This document shows positions 10,037 through 18,281 of a stretch of DNA of 64,000 nucleotides, in pieces. Under the pieces are notes generated by a model that was given only the letters and a program-made list of their open reading frames with translations, had not been told where the DNA came from and did no database searches. Each line of letters starts with the position of its first letter. The stretch's first letter is position 1. Made by a program: the position numbers and the translations under genes. This DNA is from Nibricoccus sp. (GTDB lineage: Bacteria > Verrucomicrobiota > Verrucomicrobiia > Opitutales > Opitutaceae): NCBI GenBank assembly GCA_047602425.1, contig JASGHG010000001.1, positions 2,752,001-2,816,000 of the forward strand, in the 5' to 3' direction.

Positions 10037-12124
10037 ATGACCCCTGCAGGATCCTTTTCTAAATGGCCGCGCGTGCTCGCATGGAGCGCGGTGTCGCTGG
10101 CTGGCGTGTTTTCTTTGGCGGTGTTGGCCTGGTCGAGAGGCGAGCCAGTCAACGCATTGTGGGTCGTGATCGCGTCGGTATGCGTGTTCGCGATATCCTA
10201 TCGGTTTCACAGCGCCTGGTTGATGGCAAAGGTGCTCACACTCGACGAATTGCGGGCGACGCCGGCGGTGGTGCATGAGGACGGACGCGATTTCGTGAAG
10301 ACGAATCGTTGGGTGGTGTTTGGGCATCATTTCGCGGCGATTGCCGGGCCGGGCCCGCTGGTGGGGCCGGTGCTGGCGGCGCAATTTGGATTTTTACCGG
10401 GTCTTTTGTGGATGTTGATTGGTGCGACTTTAGGCGGTGCGGTGCACGACTCGGTGATTTTATTCTGTTCGACGCGGCGGCGCGGAAAATCGCTCGGACA
10501 AATGATCAGTGAGGAAATCAATCCCCTGGCAGGCATAATCGCGTTAGTGAGCATTTTGGCGATTTTAGTTATCTTGATCGCAGTGCTGGGACTGGTGGTG
10601 GTCAACGCGCTGGCGGAAAGCCCCTGGGGCCTGTTCACAATTGCGGCGACGATGCCGATAGCGGTTTTCATGGGGCTGGCGATGCGCGGCGCCGGGCACA
10701 ATTCCAAGGCATTGCTTTGGATCAGTGTGCTGGGTGTGGTGGCTTTACTGGCGTCGGTCTACGCGGGAAAGTTTGTGCATGATTCGGCGACTTGGTCGGC
10801 GGTTTTCACTCTGAAAGGCACGACGCTGGCGTGGTGGATGATCGGCTACGGGTTGCTGGCTTCGGTGCTGCCGGTGTGGCTGTTGCTCGCGCCGCGCGAC
10901 TACCTGAGCACGTTCATGAAAATTGGAACGGTTGCACTGCTGGCGGTGGCGATTGTGGCAATAGCGCCGATGTTGAAAATGCCATCGGTCACGAAATTCG
11001 TCGACGGCACGGGACCGGTGCTGGCCGGGTCGGTTTTTCCTTTCTGTTTTATTACGATCGCATGTGCCGCCGTGTCGGGTTTTCACTCGCTGATCTCATC
11101 GGGCACGACGCCAAAAATGATCACGCGCGAGAGCGATATCCGGGTGATTGGTTATGGTGCGATGGTTACGGAGATGCTGGTCGGCGTGATGGCGTTGATC
11201 GCGGCATGTGCGATGGAGCCGGGTGAATATTTTTCGGTGAATATGAAAGGTACGCCTGCGGTGGTCGTGGCAAAGGTGACCGCGCTGGGATATCCGGTGA
11301 CGGAGGCGCAGATGGCGTCGCTTGCGGCGGACGTGGGCGAACAAACCATGATTGGGCGCACGGGCGGAGCGCCGACGTTTGCAGTGGGCATGGCCAAAAT
11401 CTTTTCGAGCGTGCTTGGCAGCAAAGCGGCGCTCGCGCTGTGGTATCACTTTGCGATCATGTTCGAGGCGTTATTTATTCTCACGACCATCGACGCGGGA
11501 ACGCGGGTGGGACGATTCTTGATGCAGGATTTGCTGGGGCGGGTGTGGTCACCCCTGGGGCAGACTCGTTCGACCGTGGGCAATGTGGTGGCGAGTGCGG
11601 CGTTTGTTGCCGCTTGGGGTTGGTTTTTGTACGCAGGTGTGATCGATCCGCTCGGCGGCATCAACAGCCTCTGGCCAATCTTCGGCGTGGCCAACCAGTT
11701 GCTCGCCGTGCTGGCGCTGGCGCTCGGCACGACGGTGTTGATCAAGATGGGGCGTGTACGGTATCTCTGGGCGACGATTGGACCATTGATCTGGTTGCTT
11801 GCGGTAACGATGACCGCGGGCTGGATGAAGATTTTCAGCGGCGATCCTCGTGTGGGTTTCCTTAGGGCCGCCGCGGATCTCCGGGCGAAAATCGCCGCGG
11901 GCGGCACAAGCGCCGGCCAGGTTGACGTCTGGCAGCATCAGCTGACCAATAGTTATGTCAACGTCGCGGTGACGGGCGCTTTCATGTTTTTGGTTCTGCT
12001 GGTTGTTTTGGTTTGTGCGCGTGAATGGTGGCTTTTGCTGGGGAAGCATCGCCAGCCAGTGTTGCGCGAGGAACCTTACGTAACGTTATCGGCTGAGGAG
12101 CGAGGCCAGTTGCTCGCGCGGTGA
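10037..12124 (+). CDS. cstA: Carbon starvation protein A family (CstA/BtsT) transporter
   Basis: FGHHFAAIAGPGPLVGP, LLAPRDYLS, ITIACAAVSGFH, GRTGGAPT, LTTIDAGTR. Confidence 0.95.
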   Translation: MTPAGSFSKWPRVLAWSAVSLAGVFSLAVLAWSRGEPVNALWVVIASVCVFAISYRFHSAWLMAKVLTLDELRATPAVVHEDGRDFVKTNRWVVFGHHFAAIAGPGPLVGPVLAAQFGFLPGLLWMLIGATLGGAVHDSVILFCSTRRRGKSLGQMISEEINPLAGIIALVSILAILVILIAVLGLVVVNALAESPWGLFTIAATMPIAVFMGLAMRGAGHNSKALLWISVLGVVALLASVYAGKFVHDSATWSAVFTLKGTTLAWWMIGYGLLASVLPVWLLLAPRDYLSTFMKIGTVALLAVAIVAIAPMLKMPSVTKFVDGTGPVLAGSVFPFCFITIACAAVSGFHSLISSGTTPKMITRESDIRVIGYGAMVTEMLVGVMALIAACAMEPGEYFSVNMKGTPAVVVAKVTALGYPVTEAQMASLAADVGEQTMIGRTGGAPTFAVGMAKIFSSVLGSKAALALWYHFAIMFEALFILTTIDAGTRVGRFLMQDLLGRVWSPLGQTRSTVGNVVASAAFVAAWGWFLYAGVIDPLGGINSLWPIFGVANQLLAVLALALGTTVLIKMGRVRYLWATIGPLIWLLAVTMTAGWMKIFSGDPRVGFLRAAADLRAKIAAGGTSAGQVDVWQHQLTNSYVNVAVTGAFMFLVLLVVLVCAREWWLLLGKHRQPVLREEPYVTLSAEERGQLLAR

Positions 12125-14021
12125 CGGGATGGACGGCCCTGAAAATCGTTGTGACCGACCTAGCGCGCACCGGCATTGGCCGGGGGCTTGATCCGTTTTG
12201 GTGTAATTTGATGACAAAACGGACGAGCGAAACAACCTCGTCATCGGAGAGGTATTCACGTCCGGCCATCGGGGTGTTGGGCTGGCCAAATTTGACGATG
12301 CGGGCGAGTTGCAACTCTTTCGAAGGGTCGGACTCGGTGGTGTGTCGCCACGGGTCGCGGGTAAAGTCCGGGGGACGTAAGCTGAGTTGCGACGCGAGCG
12401 GTCCATCGCCGCGTCCTTCGACGCCATGGCAGCTGGAGCATAGTTCGGTGAAACGCTTGCGCTGTTTTGTTTCGGTAAAGATGGTTGCGCTAGGCGAAGG
12501 ACGCCAAGCCTGCGCGGTCTCGGCGCGGATCGTGACGTCGTCATCGCCGAGTGTTCCGAGGTAGGCGACGAGCGCGGGACCGCGTGGATCATTTTCTTTG
12601 AAAAGATGCGCGTAGGACGGCATGCGCGAATCCGGGGTGAGGCTTCGCGGAGCGATCAAGTGGAGACGGTTCCATTCGGCGGTCCGCCGGCTGGCGATTT
12701 GCGATAGATCGGGGCCTTGACGACGGTTGCCATAAAGTGGCGGTTTTTGGGGCAGACTTTTGGCCAGCGGAATTGCGGAACCCCAACGTTCGACGTCGGC
12801 TGTGCCGGGGCGCACGTATTGCGAATGGCAGTGAATGCAGCCTTCGGAAATGTAGATCTCGCGTCCAAGTTTGACGATCGAATCGTCGGCCCTGCTGTCC
12901 GGGGGATATAGAAGAACGATTGCGAGCAAAGGCAAAGAACCCGCAACAGGGCGCAGGCGCCTGATTCCCCAGTGGCGAACCAGAAGGGCCAAACACGCAA
13001 CCACGGCTGCACTCACGACAAACGAGAGTGGAATTTCATGCAGCGATTGCACCATGCCAATTCCCATGGCGGAACCAAACCAACCGGAAGCGGCAAAAAG
13101 CAGCCCCGCCAGCCAGGCGCGGCCGCCTTGCGCAGGGTAGAAGACGAGTGCCGTCGAATAGATTGAAACGCCGGCGGTGTACAGAACACGAGTTGCGGAA
13201 GGGACGTCGTTGTTTTGGCAGAGCAGCACGCAGGCACCAAGCAGGACGACCAGCGCAATGCCGATGGCCAGTGGTTGCAGTTTGCGGTCGAGCAGCAGGC
13301 CTGCAATCACGGCGGCACCGAGATGGACGAGGGCATTTTGTTCCAGCACGGAGCCGCCCTGCCAGGTCGCGATTTTTAGATGTGGACTGTGCTGAAGGAT
13401 GAAGAAGGCAGCCGAGTCGATCCACACCAGGGTGAGAAATAAAACCACCCACACCGCGACAATCCGTGGGTGATATTCAGGAATGGCGGGCTTTTCGACC
13501 GGCGTGCTTCGGACGCGAAACGAAATCAATAGACCGACTAAAGCGGCTATGATTGCGACAACTGTTTGAACTTGCGGTGAGGCGTTGAAGATGGGTGGCT
13601 GGTTGCAAATCGCGTAGGCCAGCCCGGTGCCGACGCCACAGCAAAGACCGAGATGTTTAATCCCCCCGGTGGGCCGCAAGCAGAGCACGAGCGACACCGT
13701 CGTCCAAGCGAGGCTGCCGCCGACGGCGACAGCGGAGACAATAGCTAACACTTGGTTCTGGGCGAGCAGGCTGAGTCCGGCCGCGAGTCCGCAACTGGCA
13801 AATCCCAAGGTGAGTTGACGGGAGCCAATGCTTTCGCGAAACCATTTGGCAGCGGCAACACTTCCGCCAATTCCGGCGAGTCCGAGTGCCGCCATCAGCG
13901 GTTTTAAGCCGGCTTCCTGCACGACGGCGCGCAGGTTTTCGATGAATGCGAATTCGGCGAAGATCAGAAAATACACATAGACCGCTGCAATCGCGAGGAT
14001 GCTGGTGAGGGCATCCTTCAT
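11982..14021 (-). CDS. Multi-TM membrane domain fused to a cbb3 CcoO/FixO-like monoheme domain and a second cytochrome c
   Basis: GREIYISEGCIHCHSQYVRP, GNRRQGPDL, SRMPSY; second CSSCH...GDGP...PM; about 12 N-terminal TMs. Confidence 0.8.
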   Translation of the reverse strand: MKDALTSILAIAAVYVYFLIFAEFAFIENLRAVVQEAGLKPLMAALGLAGIGGSVAAAKWFRESIGSRQLTLGFASCGLAAGLSLLAQNQVLAIVSAVAVGGSLAWTTVSLVLCLRPTGGIKHLGLCCGVGTGLAYAICNQPPIFNASPQVQTVVAIIAALVGLLISFRVRSTPVEKPAIPEYHPRIVAVWVVLFLTLVWIDSAAFFILQHSPHLKIATWQGGSVLEQNALVHLGAAVIAGLLLDRKLQPLAIGIALVVLLGACVLLCQNNDVPSATRVLYTAGVSIYSTALVFYPAQGGRAWLAGLLFAASGWFGSAMGIGMVQSLHEIPLSFVVSAAVVACLALLVRHWGIRRLRPVAGSLPLLAIVLLYPPDSRADDSIVKLGREIYISEGCIHCHSQYVRPGTADVERWGSAIPLAKSLPQKPPLYGNRRQGPDLSQIASRRTAEWNRLHLIAPRSLTPDSRMPSYAHLFKENDPRGPALVAYLGTLGDDDVTIRAETAQAWRPSPSATIFTETKQRKRFTELCSSCHGVEGRGDGPLASQLSLRPPDFTRDPWRHTTESDPSKELQLARIVKFGQPNTPMAGREYLSDDEVVSLVRFVIKLHQNGSSPRPMPVRARSVTTIFRAVHPVTARATGLAPQPITLRKVPRATLAGDASPAKATIHAHKPKQPAEPKT

Positions 14022-14031
14022 GCTCGGCTGA

Positions 14032-14454
14032 TCAGACGCTTGAGCTATTGACGGCGGAGGCATTGCTCGCGGCGAGTTTTTTGACGAGCCAGAGTTGGAA
14101 TCCGACGAGGGCAAAGTCGGTGGCGGGTACGCTGATCCATGCGAACGACAGCCAGCCAAGCGCGATGGCCGTTCCGGAAAAGGCGCCGGCAGAAATCCGG
14201 AAGAGGATCGTGAGTTCGAGCGTCAAACGCAGGCGATCGGGCCCGCCACGAACCAAGGCCCAGAGGTAACACGCGCCGACCGCGCCGACGAACGCACCGA
14301 CAAATCGCAGATAAACGAGCGCCTCGCCTTCAGGCGTAGCCACGCGCATCAAGGGCAGGACGAGGCGCGGAAAGAAGACGAGCCCCAAGCCGGTGCAGAG
14401 GTCGAGAGCTCCGGCGACTAGAGCGAGAAGGCGGGCAATGGAGGGGATGGGCAT
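14032..14454 (-). CDS. Hypothetical 4-TM membrane protein
   Basis: Four hydrophobic segments; 10-11 nt gaps to both neighbours. Confidence 0.7.
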   Translation of the reverse strand: MPIPSIARLLALVAGALDLCTGLGLVFFPRLVLPLMRVATPEGEALVYLRFVGAFVGAVGACYLWALVRGGPDRLRLTLELTILFRISAGAFSGTAIALGWLSFAWISVPATDFALVGFQLWLVKKLAASNASAVNSSSV

Positions 14455-14465
14455 CGTGAAGCAGA

Positions 14466-15758
14466 CTAAAGATTGCGCTCAAGAAATCGAGGACGTTGCA
14501 AAAACCAGGACAGCGACACCGCCCACATGACCAGTCCGGCCACGAGGCGGATGCCATAACAGGTTTGCGACCAGCCGCGACTAAGGAAGAGCGAGCTGGG
14601 ATCGGTGTACTCGGTCCAGCCTAGCGCGGCCAGCGCGACAATATGCAAGCCCAACGCTCCCTGCCACACATGGAAACCGCGCGTGATCGGACGGTCGGGG
14701 TCGAGCAGATTGAGGATCGCGAGGTTAAAGCAGGTGACGAGACCGGCGAGTGCGAGGTGGGCGTGAGCCACGAAGCCATTGGTGAATTTCAATCGCTCCG
14801 AAATACCGGGCAGGAAAAAGACGAAGCCGGAAATCACCAGCAACAACCACCAGAAGAAGGCTGCGACAAGCCAGCGTCGGGCGACGGAAGGCCAAAGATA
14901 GCCGTGAAAATGCTGCCAGCCGAGTGGTATCCACATGGCCAATACGCCAAGCCCGGCCTGTTGGGAGGCGCTCTTGCTTGAGGCGTGACCATGGCTGATC
15001 ACCAGATACACCGCTACGGAGATCGCGTACATCGTCCAGAAAGTGCTTTGGCGCTGGCGAACGTCGGCGGTGCGTGCCGGGACATCCAGCAGGAGCGGAA
15101 TGAGTCCGTAGATGGCGATGATGCCGAGCGTGGAGGCCAGCAAACTTGCACCGGTTGCGCCTCCGCTGTCAGGGTTGACTGGCGGATACACCTCGCGTCC
15201 CGAGGCCCAAAAGAGCGCCGGCGGAACGGCGAGCAACAATAGCAAAAAACCGAACTGGGAAAGCCGCTCCAAAGTTTTTAATGCGCGCCGGTTTGTCCAA
15301 AATTGCCAGACGAGCCCCAGCCAGAGAACGGTCATCGCCGCCGGCAGAAGCGGGCGCGCCCAACCATCCCAGTCGATGAAGATTTTTCCGCTGCTGAGGC
15401 CGCAGAGCCAGGAAATGCCGGCGGCCGCTAGGGCCAGCGACCACGCTCGCAAGGCCACCCGGTTCAGCCGGGCCGTGCTCGCATTTGGGCCGCGGCCAAT
15501 CCAACGGAGCAAGACGCCCACGAGCGGCAGCGAGCACCAGCCGTAGAGCTGCCAGTCGAGGTGGAGGGGGATCCAGCGTCCGTAGGTAAAGGGCGCGAGT
15601 TTATCTCCAAGCGCGGGCCAGAGTAACAAGATCGCCAGCAATACGCCCACGCTGTTGGCGGCGACGAGCCAGAAAAGGCTGTGCCGGGATACGCTTCGGG
15701 CCAGCGAGATCCAGGCCGCGGCTTGGGCGGGCGGAACTGGCCGGGGGACATCGCTCAT
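14466..15758 (-). CDS. Divergent heme-copper oxidase/cbb3 subunit I (CcoN)-like membrane protein
   Basis: YGRWIPLH resembles CcoN FGRLRPLH; FTNGFVAHAHLAL resembles YTDWTIGHVHSG; about 12 TMs. Confidence 0.65.
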   Translation of the reverse strand: MSDVPRPVPPAQAAAWISLARSVSRHSLFWLVAANSVGVLLAILLLWPALGDKLAPFTYGRWIPLHLDWQLYGWCSLPLVGVLLRWIGRGPNASTARLNRVALRAWSLALAAAGISWLCGLSSGKIFIDWDGWARPLLPAAMTVLWLGLVWQFWTNRRALKTLERLSQFGFLLLLLAVPPALFWASGREVYPPVNPDSGGATGASLLASTLGIIAIYGLIPLLLDVPARTADVRQRQSTFWTMYAISVAVYLVISHGHASSKSASQQAGLGVLAMWIPLGWQHFHGYLWPSVARRWLVAAFFWWLLLVISGFVFFLPGISERLKFTNGFVAHAHLALAGLVTCFNLAILNLLDPDRPITRGFHVWQGALGLHIVALAALGWTEYTDPSSLFLSRGWSQTCYGIRLVAGLVMWAVSLSWFLQRPRFLERNL

Positions 15759-15773
15759 GGCAGGCAAGGCCGT

Positions 15774-16451
15774 TCACTCTTCCGTGAGTTGGCCGTCGCG
15801 CACCCGGATGCGACGATGGCAGGCCTCGGCAAAACGCCTCTCGTGGGTCGCAAGAATCACGGCGATACGACTTTGCTCCGCGAGTGTGCGTAGGAGCGCG
15901 AAGACGGTTTCGCCGGTTTTTTCGTCGAGGGAACCGGTGGGTTCGTCGGCAAGGATGATGTTGGGCGAATTCATGAGCGCGCGGCAGATGGCGGTGCGCT
16001 GGCGTTCGCCGCCGGAAAGATCCTGAATGCGGTGATTGAGCCGGTGGCCGATGCCGACTTGTTCGGCAAGCTCGCGAAGGCGATTCGCAGCCACAGCGGG
16101 CGCCATTCCTGCGGCAATGGCGGGCACGCGGAGGTTTTCCACCACGGTGAGATCGGCGATGAGATTGTGCAGTTGAAAAACGAACCCAAGATGGCGCCGG
16201 CGAAGGACGAGGCGATCGGTTTCGCTGCGCGGGTCGAGCGAGCATACGCGCAGTTCGCCACTGTCGGGCAGGTCGAGTCCGCCGATCAGATGAAGCAGGG
16301 TGCTTTTTCCGGAACCGGACGATCCCCACAAAGCGACGAGTTCGCCCGCGCCGACTTCGAGGTTGGCATCGCGCAACACGGAAATAGCGCCCTTGTCGTA
16401 GGTTTTCCAGACGCTGCGTACGGAAACAAGATTTTGGCCGGGACTATTCAT
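15774..16451 (-). CDS. ABC transporter ATP-binding protein (LolD/MacB type)
   Basis: GSSGSGKST, LSGGERQR, ILADEPTG, ATH. Confidence 0.93.
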   Translation of the reverse strand: MNSPGQNLVSVRSVWKTYDKGAISVLRDANLEVGAGELVALWGSSGSGKSTLLHLIGGLDLPDSGELRVCSLDPRSETDRLVLRRRHLGFVFQLHNLIADLTVVENLRVPAIAAGMAPAVAANRLRELAEQVGIGHRLNHRIQDLSGGERQRTAICRALMNSPNIILADEPTGSLDEKTGETVFALLRTLAEQSRIAVILATHERRFAEACHRRIRVRDGQLTEE

Positions 16452-17556
16452 AGCGCAGGGCTTCCGCAGGTTGAATGCGCGAGGCGAAACGCGCGGGATA
16501 AATGGCACCGGCCACGGCTGTGCCGATGGCGGTGAGCACGATGCCGACGACGATCAGCGGTTGGACGCTGGCCTGAATGTAGCCGTGGAATTGCGGTACG
16601 TTTTGAAGAATTCCGAGGACCGCGATGCCGAGCGAGAAACCGAGGACAAGTCCGGCGAGTGCAATGGCGATGGCTTCGCCAAAAATCAGCGCGGCCACCT
16701 GACCGGTGGAGAAGCCGCAGACGCGAAGAATGGCGATTTCGCGGATGCGGCTGAAAACGGAGAGCAGCATTGTGTTGGCCACGCCGAGCCCGCCGAGGAG
16801 AAACGCGCAGATGCCGACCGCCCACGCCGTGAAATGCAGGATTTTGAACTGCGTGTAGCTCTGGTTGAACTCGCGGTTTTCGAGCGCGATGAGTTTGGGA
16901 TATTTTGCTTCGATGGCGGCCTTGAATTGGGCGCCGGTTTTTTGGTCGCGAAGTTTTACGGCGATGATGGAGCAGGCGTTTTCCTTATGAAAAAATTCCT
17001 GAGCATCCTTGAGCGGCAGGAAGACGCCGCCGTCCTCGAAGCCGTTTTCGGTTTTGAAAATACCGCCAACCTTCAGCTCGATTGCGCCGATTTCCAGCAT
17101 TGCGCCGGGCTTGGCTTCAAGAAACTCGGCGGCGCGCGAACCGAGAAAAATTTCTCCATCGTTTTTACCGAACCTTTCGCGTGAGCCAAAACGCCATTCG
17201 GCTTTTGCGAGCCGCGGATCGGCTGGATCGACGCCGAAGCAGGTGATGATCGGATGTCCGGGTGCGGAAACGATGCCGAAAAGCAGCGGATTGGCTGATT
17301 CGACCTCCGGCTGGGTTCGGACAGCGTCGACCTGCTCCATCGTGACGGAGCTGAAGAACAGATCGGAAACGTTGCGTTCGAAAACGAGATAGTGGCTGTC
17401 GGTTGCCAGGATGCGCTCGAACATGCCGATCGCACCGGTGACGATCGCGAGGATCGTGAGCATGGCGGCCACGCCGAAGCCGATGCCGGCGACGCCGATG
17501 GCGGCGCGGATGCGGTGACGACGAAGGTTGATGAGGATCAGCGAGAGCAGACGCAT
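16444..17556 (-). CDS. ABC transporter permease (FtsX/MacB type)
   Basis: N-terminal TM, periplasmic domain, RIREIAILR..G, PA.FASRI.P.EALRYE. Confidence 0.9.
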   Translation of the reverse strand: MRLLSLILINLRRHRIRAAIGVAGIGFGVAAMLTILAIVTGAIGMFERILATDSHYLVFERNVSDLFFSSVTMEQVDAVRTQPEVESANPLLFGIVSAPGHPIITCFGVDPADPRLAKAEWRFGSRERFGKNDGEIFLGSRAAEFLEAKPGAMLEIGAIELKVGGIFKTENGFEDGGVFLPLKDAQEFFHKENACSIIAVKLRDQKTGAQFKAAIEAKYPKLIALENREFNQSYTQFKILHFTAWAVGICAFLLGGLGVANTMLLSVFSRIREIAILRVCGFSTGQVAALIFGEAIAIALAGLVLGFSLGIAVLGILQNVPQFHGYIQASVQPLIVVGIVLTAIGTAVAGAIYPARFASRIQPAEALRYE

Positions 17557-17595
17557 GCGACGAAGGATCGGATGATGCCTAAACCGACCATGGCA

Positions 17596-18156
17596 TCAAG
17601 CGCCGCCCGCGACGCGTCCTTCAAGGTGAAATTTGATCTTCAGCAGAGGGTTCACCTTGAGCATGCCGAACTTTTTGAAAATCGGTAAGCCGTAGTCTTG
17701 CGTATCCAGCGGGAATTCACTGTCGAGTTTACAGGTGCCGTCGGTTTGAATCAGGATGGTGACGGGGAAACTGATTTCCTTGGTTACTCCGTGCAGTGTG
17801 AATTTTCCATTGGCATTGTAGAGGTCGCCTCCAACGGGTTTAAGCGAATCCATCACATAGAGGCAGTCGGGAAATTTTTCGGTTTCCTGCCAGTGGTTCA
17901 TTTCAACGTCGCGTTTGTCCTTGCCCGTTTTCACATCGGTGAAACGGAATTTGACTTGGGCACTTTCAACGCGTTTTGCCGCGGGATCGACCGCGATGGC
18001 GGCGTCATATGCGGGAAGACTGGCGGTAAAACTATCCATGGTTGCCTTCACCGCGACCTCGATTTTGGAGCGATCCTTGTCGATGGTGAGAGGAACGGCA
18101 AACGATGGCAGTGAAGCGAGCACGAAGAGTGCGGTGGAAAACAGGAGATTTTTCAT
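17596..18156 (-). CDS. YceI family periplasmic protein
   Basis: Signal peptide, TGKDKRD, GKFTLHGVTKEISFP. Confidence 0.85.
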   Translation of the reverse strand: MKNLLFSTALFVLASLPSFAVPLTIDKDRSKIEVAVKATMDSFTASLPAYDAAIAVDPAAKRVESAQVKFRFTDVKTGKDKRDVEMNHWQETEKFPDCLYVMDSLKPVGGDLYNANGKFTLHGVTKEISFPVTILIQTDGTCKLDSEFPLDTQDYGLPIFKKFGMLKVNPLLKIKFHLEGRVAGGA

Positions 18157-18281
18157 ACGAAATGGCCCTTTGAATGTTGAAACAAACAGCTTGGCGTCGG
18201 CAGTGAACCGTAGCCTAGACGTTATATTAGGCAATGGGCGGTTAGATTTGTTTCCTGAAGTTTTCAGGAACCGCCCGGAGT

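Noticed and set aside
11982..15758. Canonical ccoNOQP oxidase
   Set aside because: CuB ligand apparently missing, no ccoP/ccoQ, and an unusual fusion; gene symbols withheld
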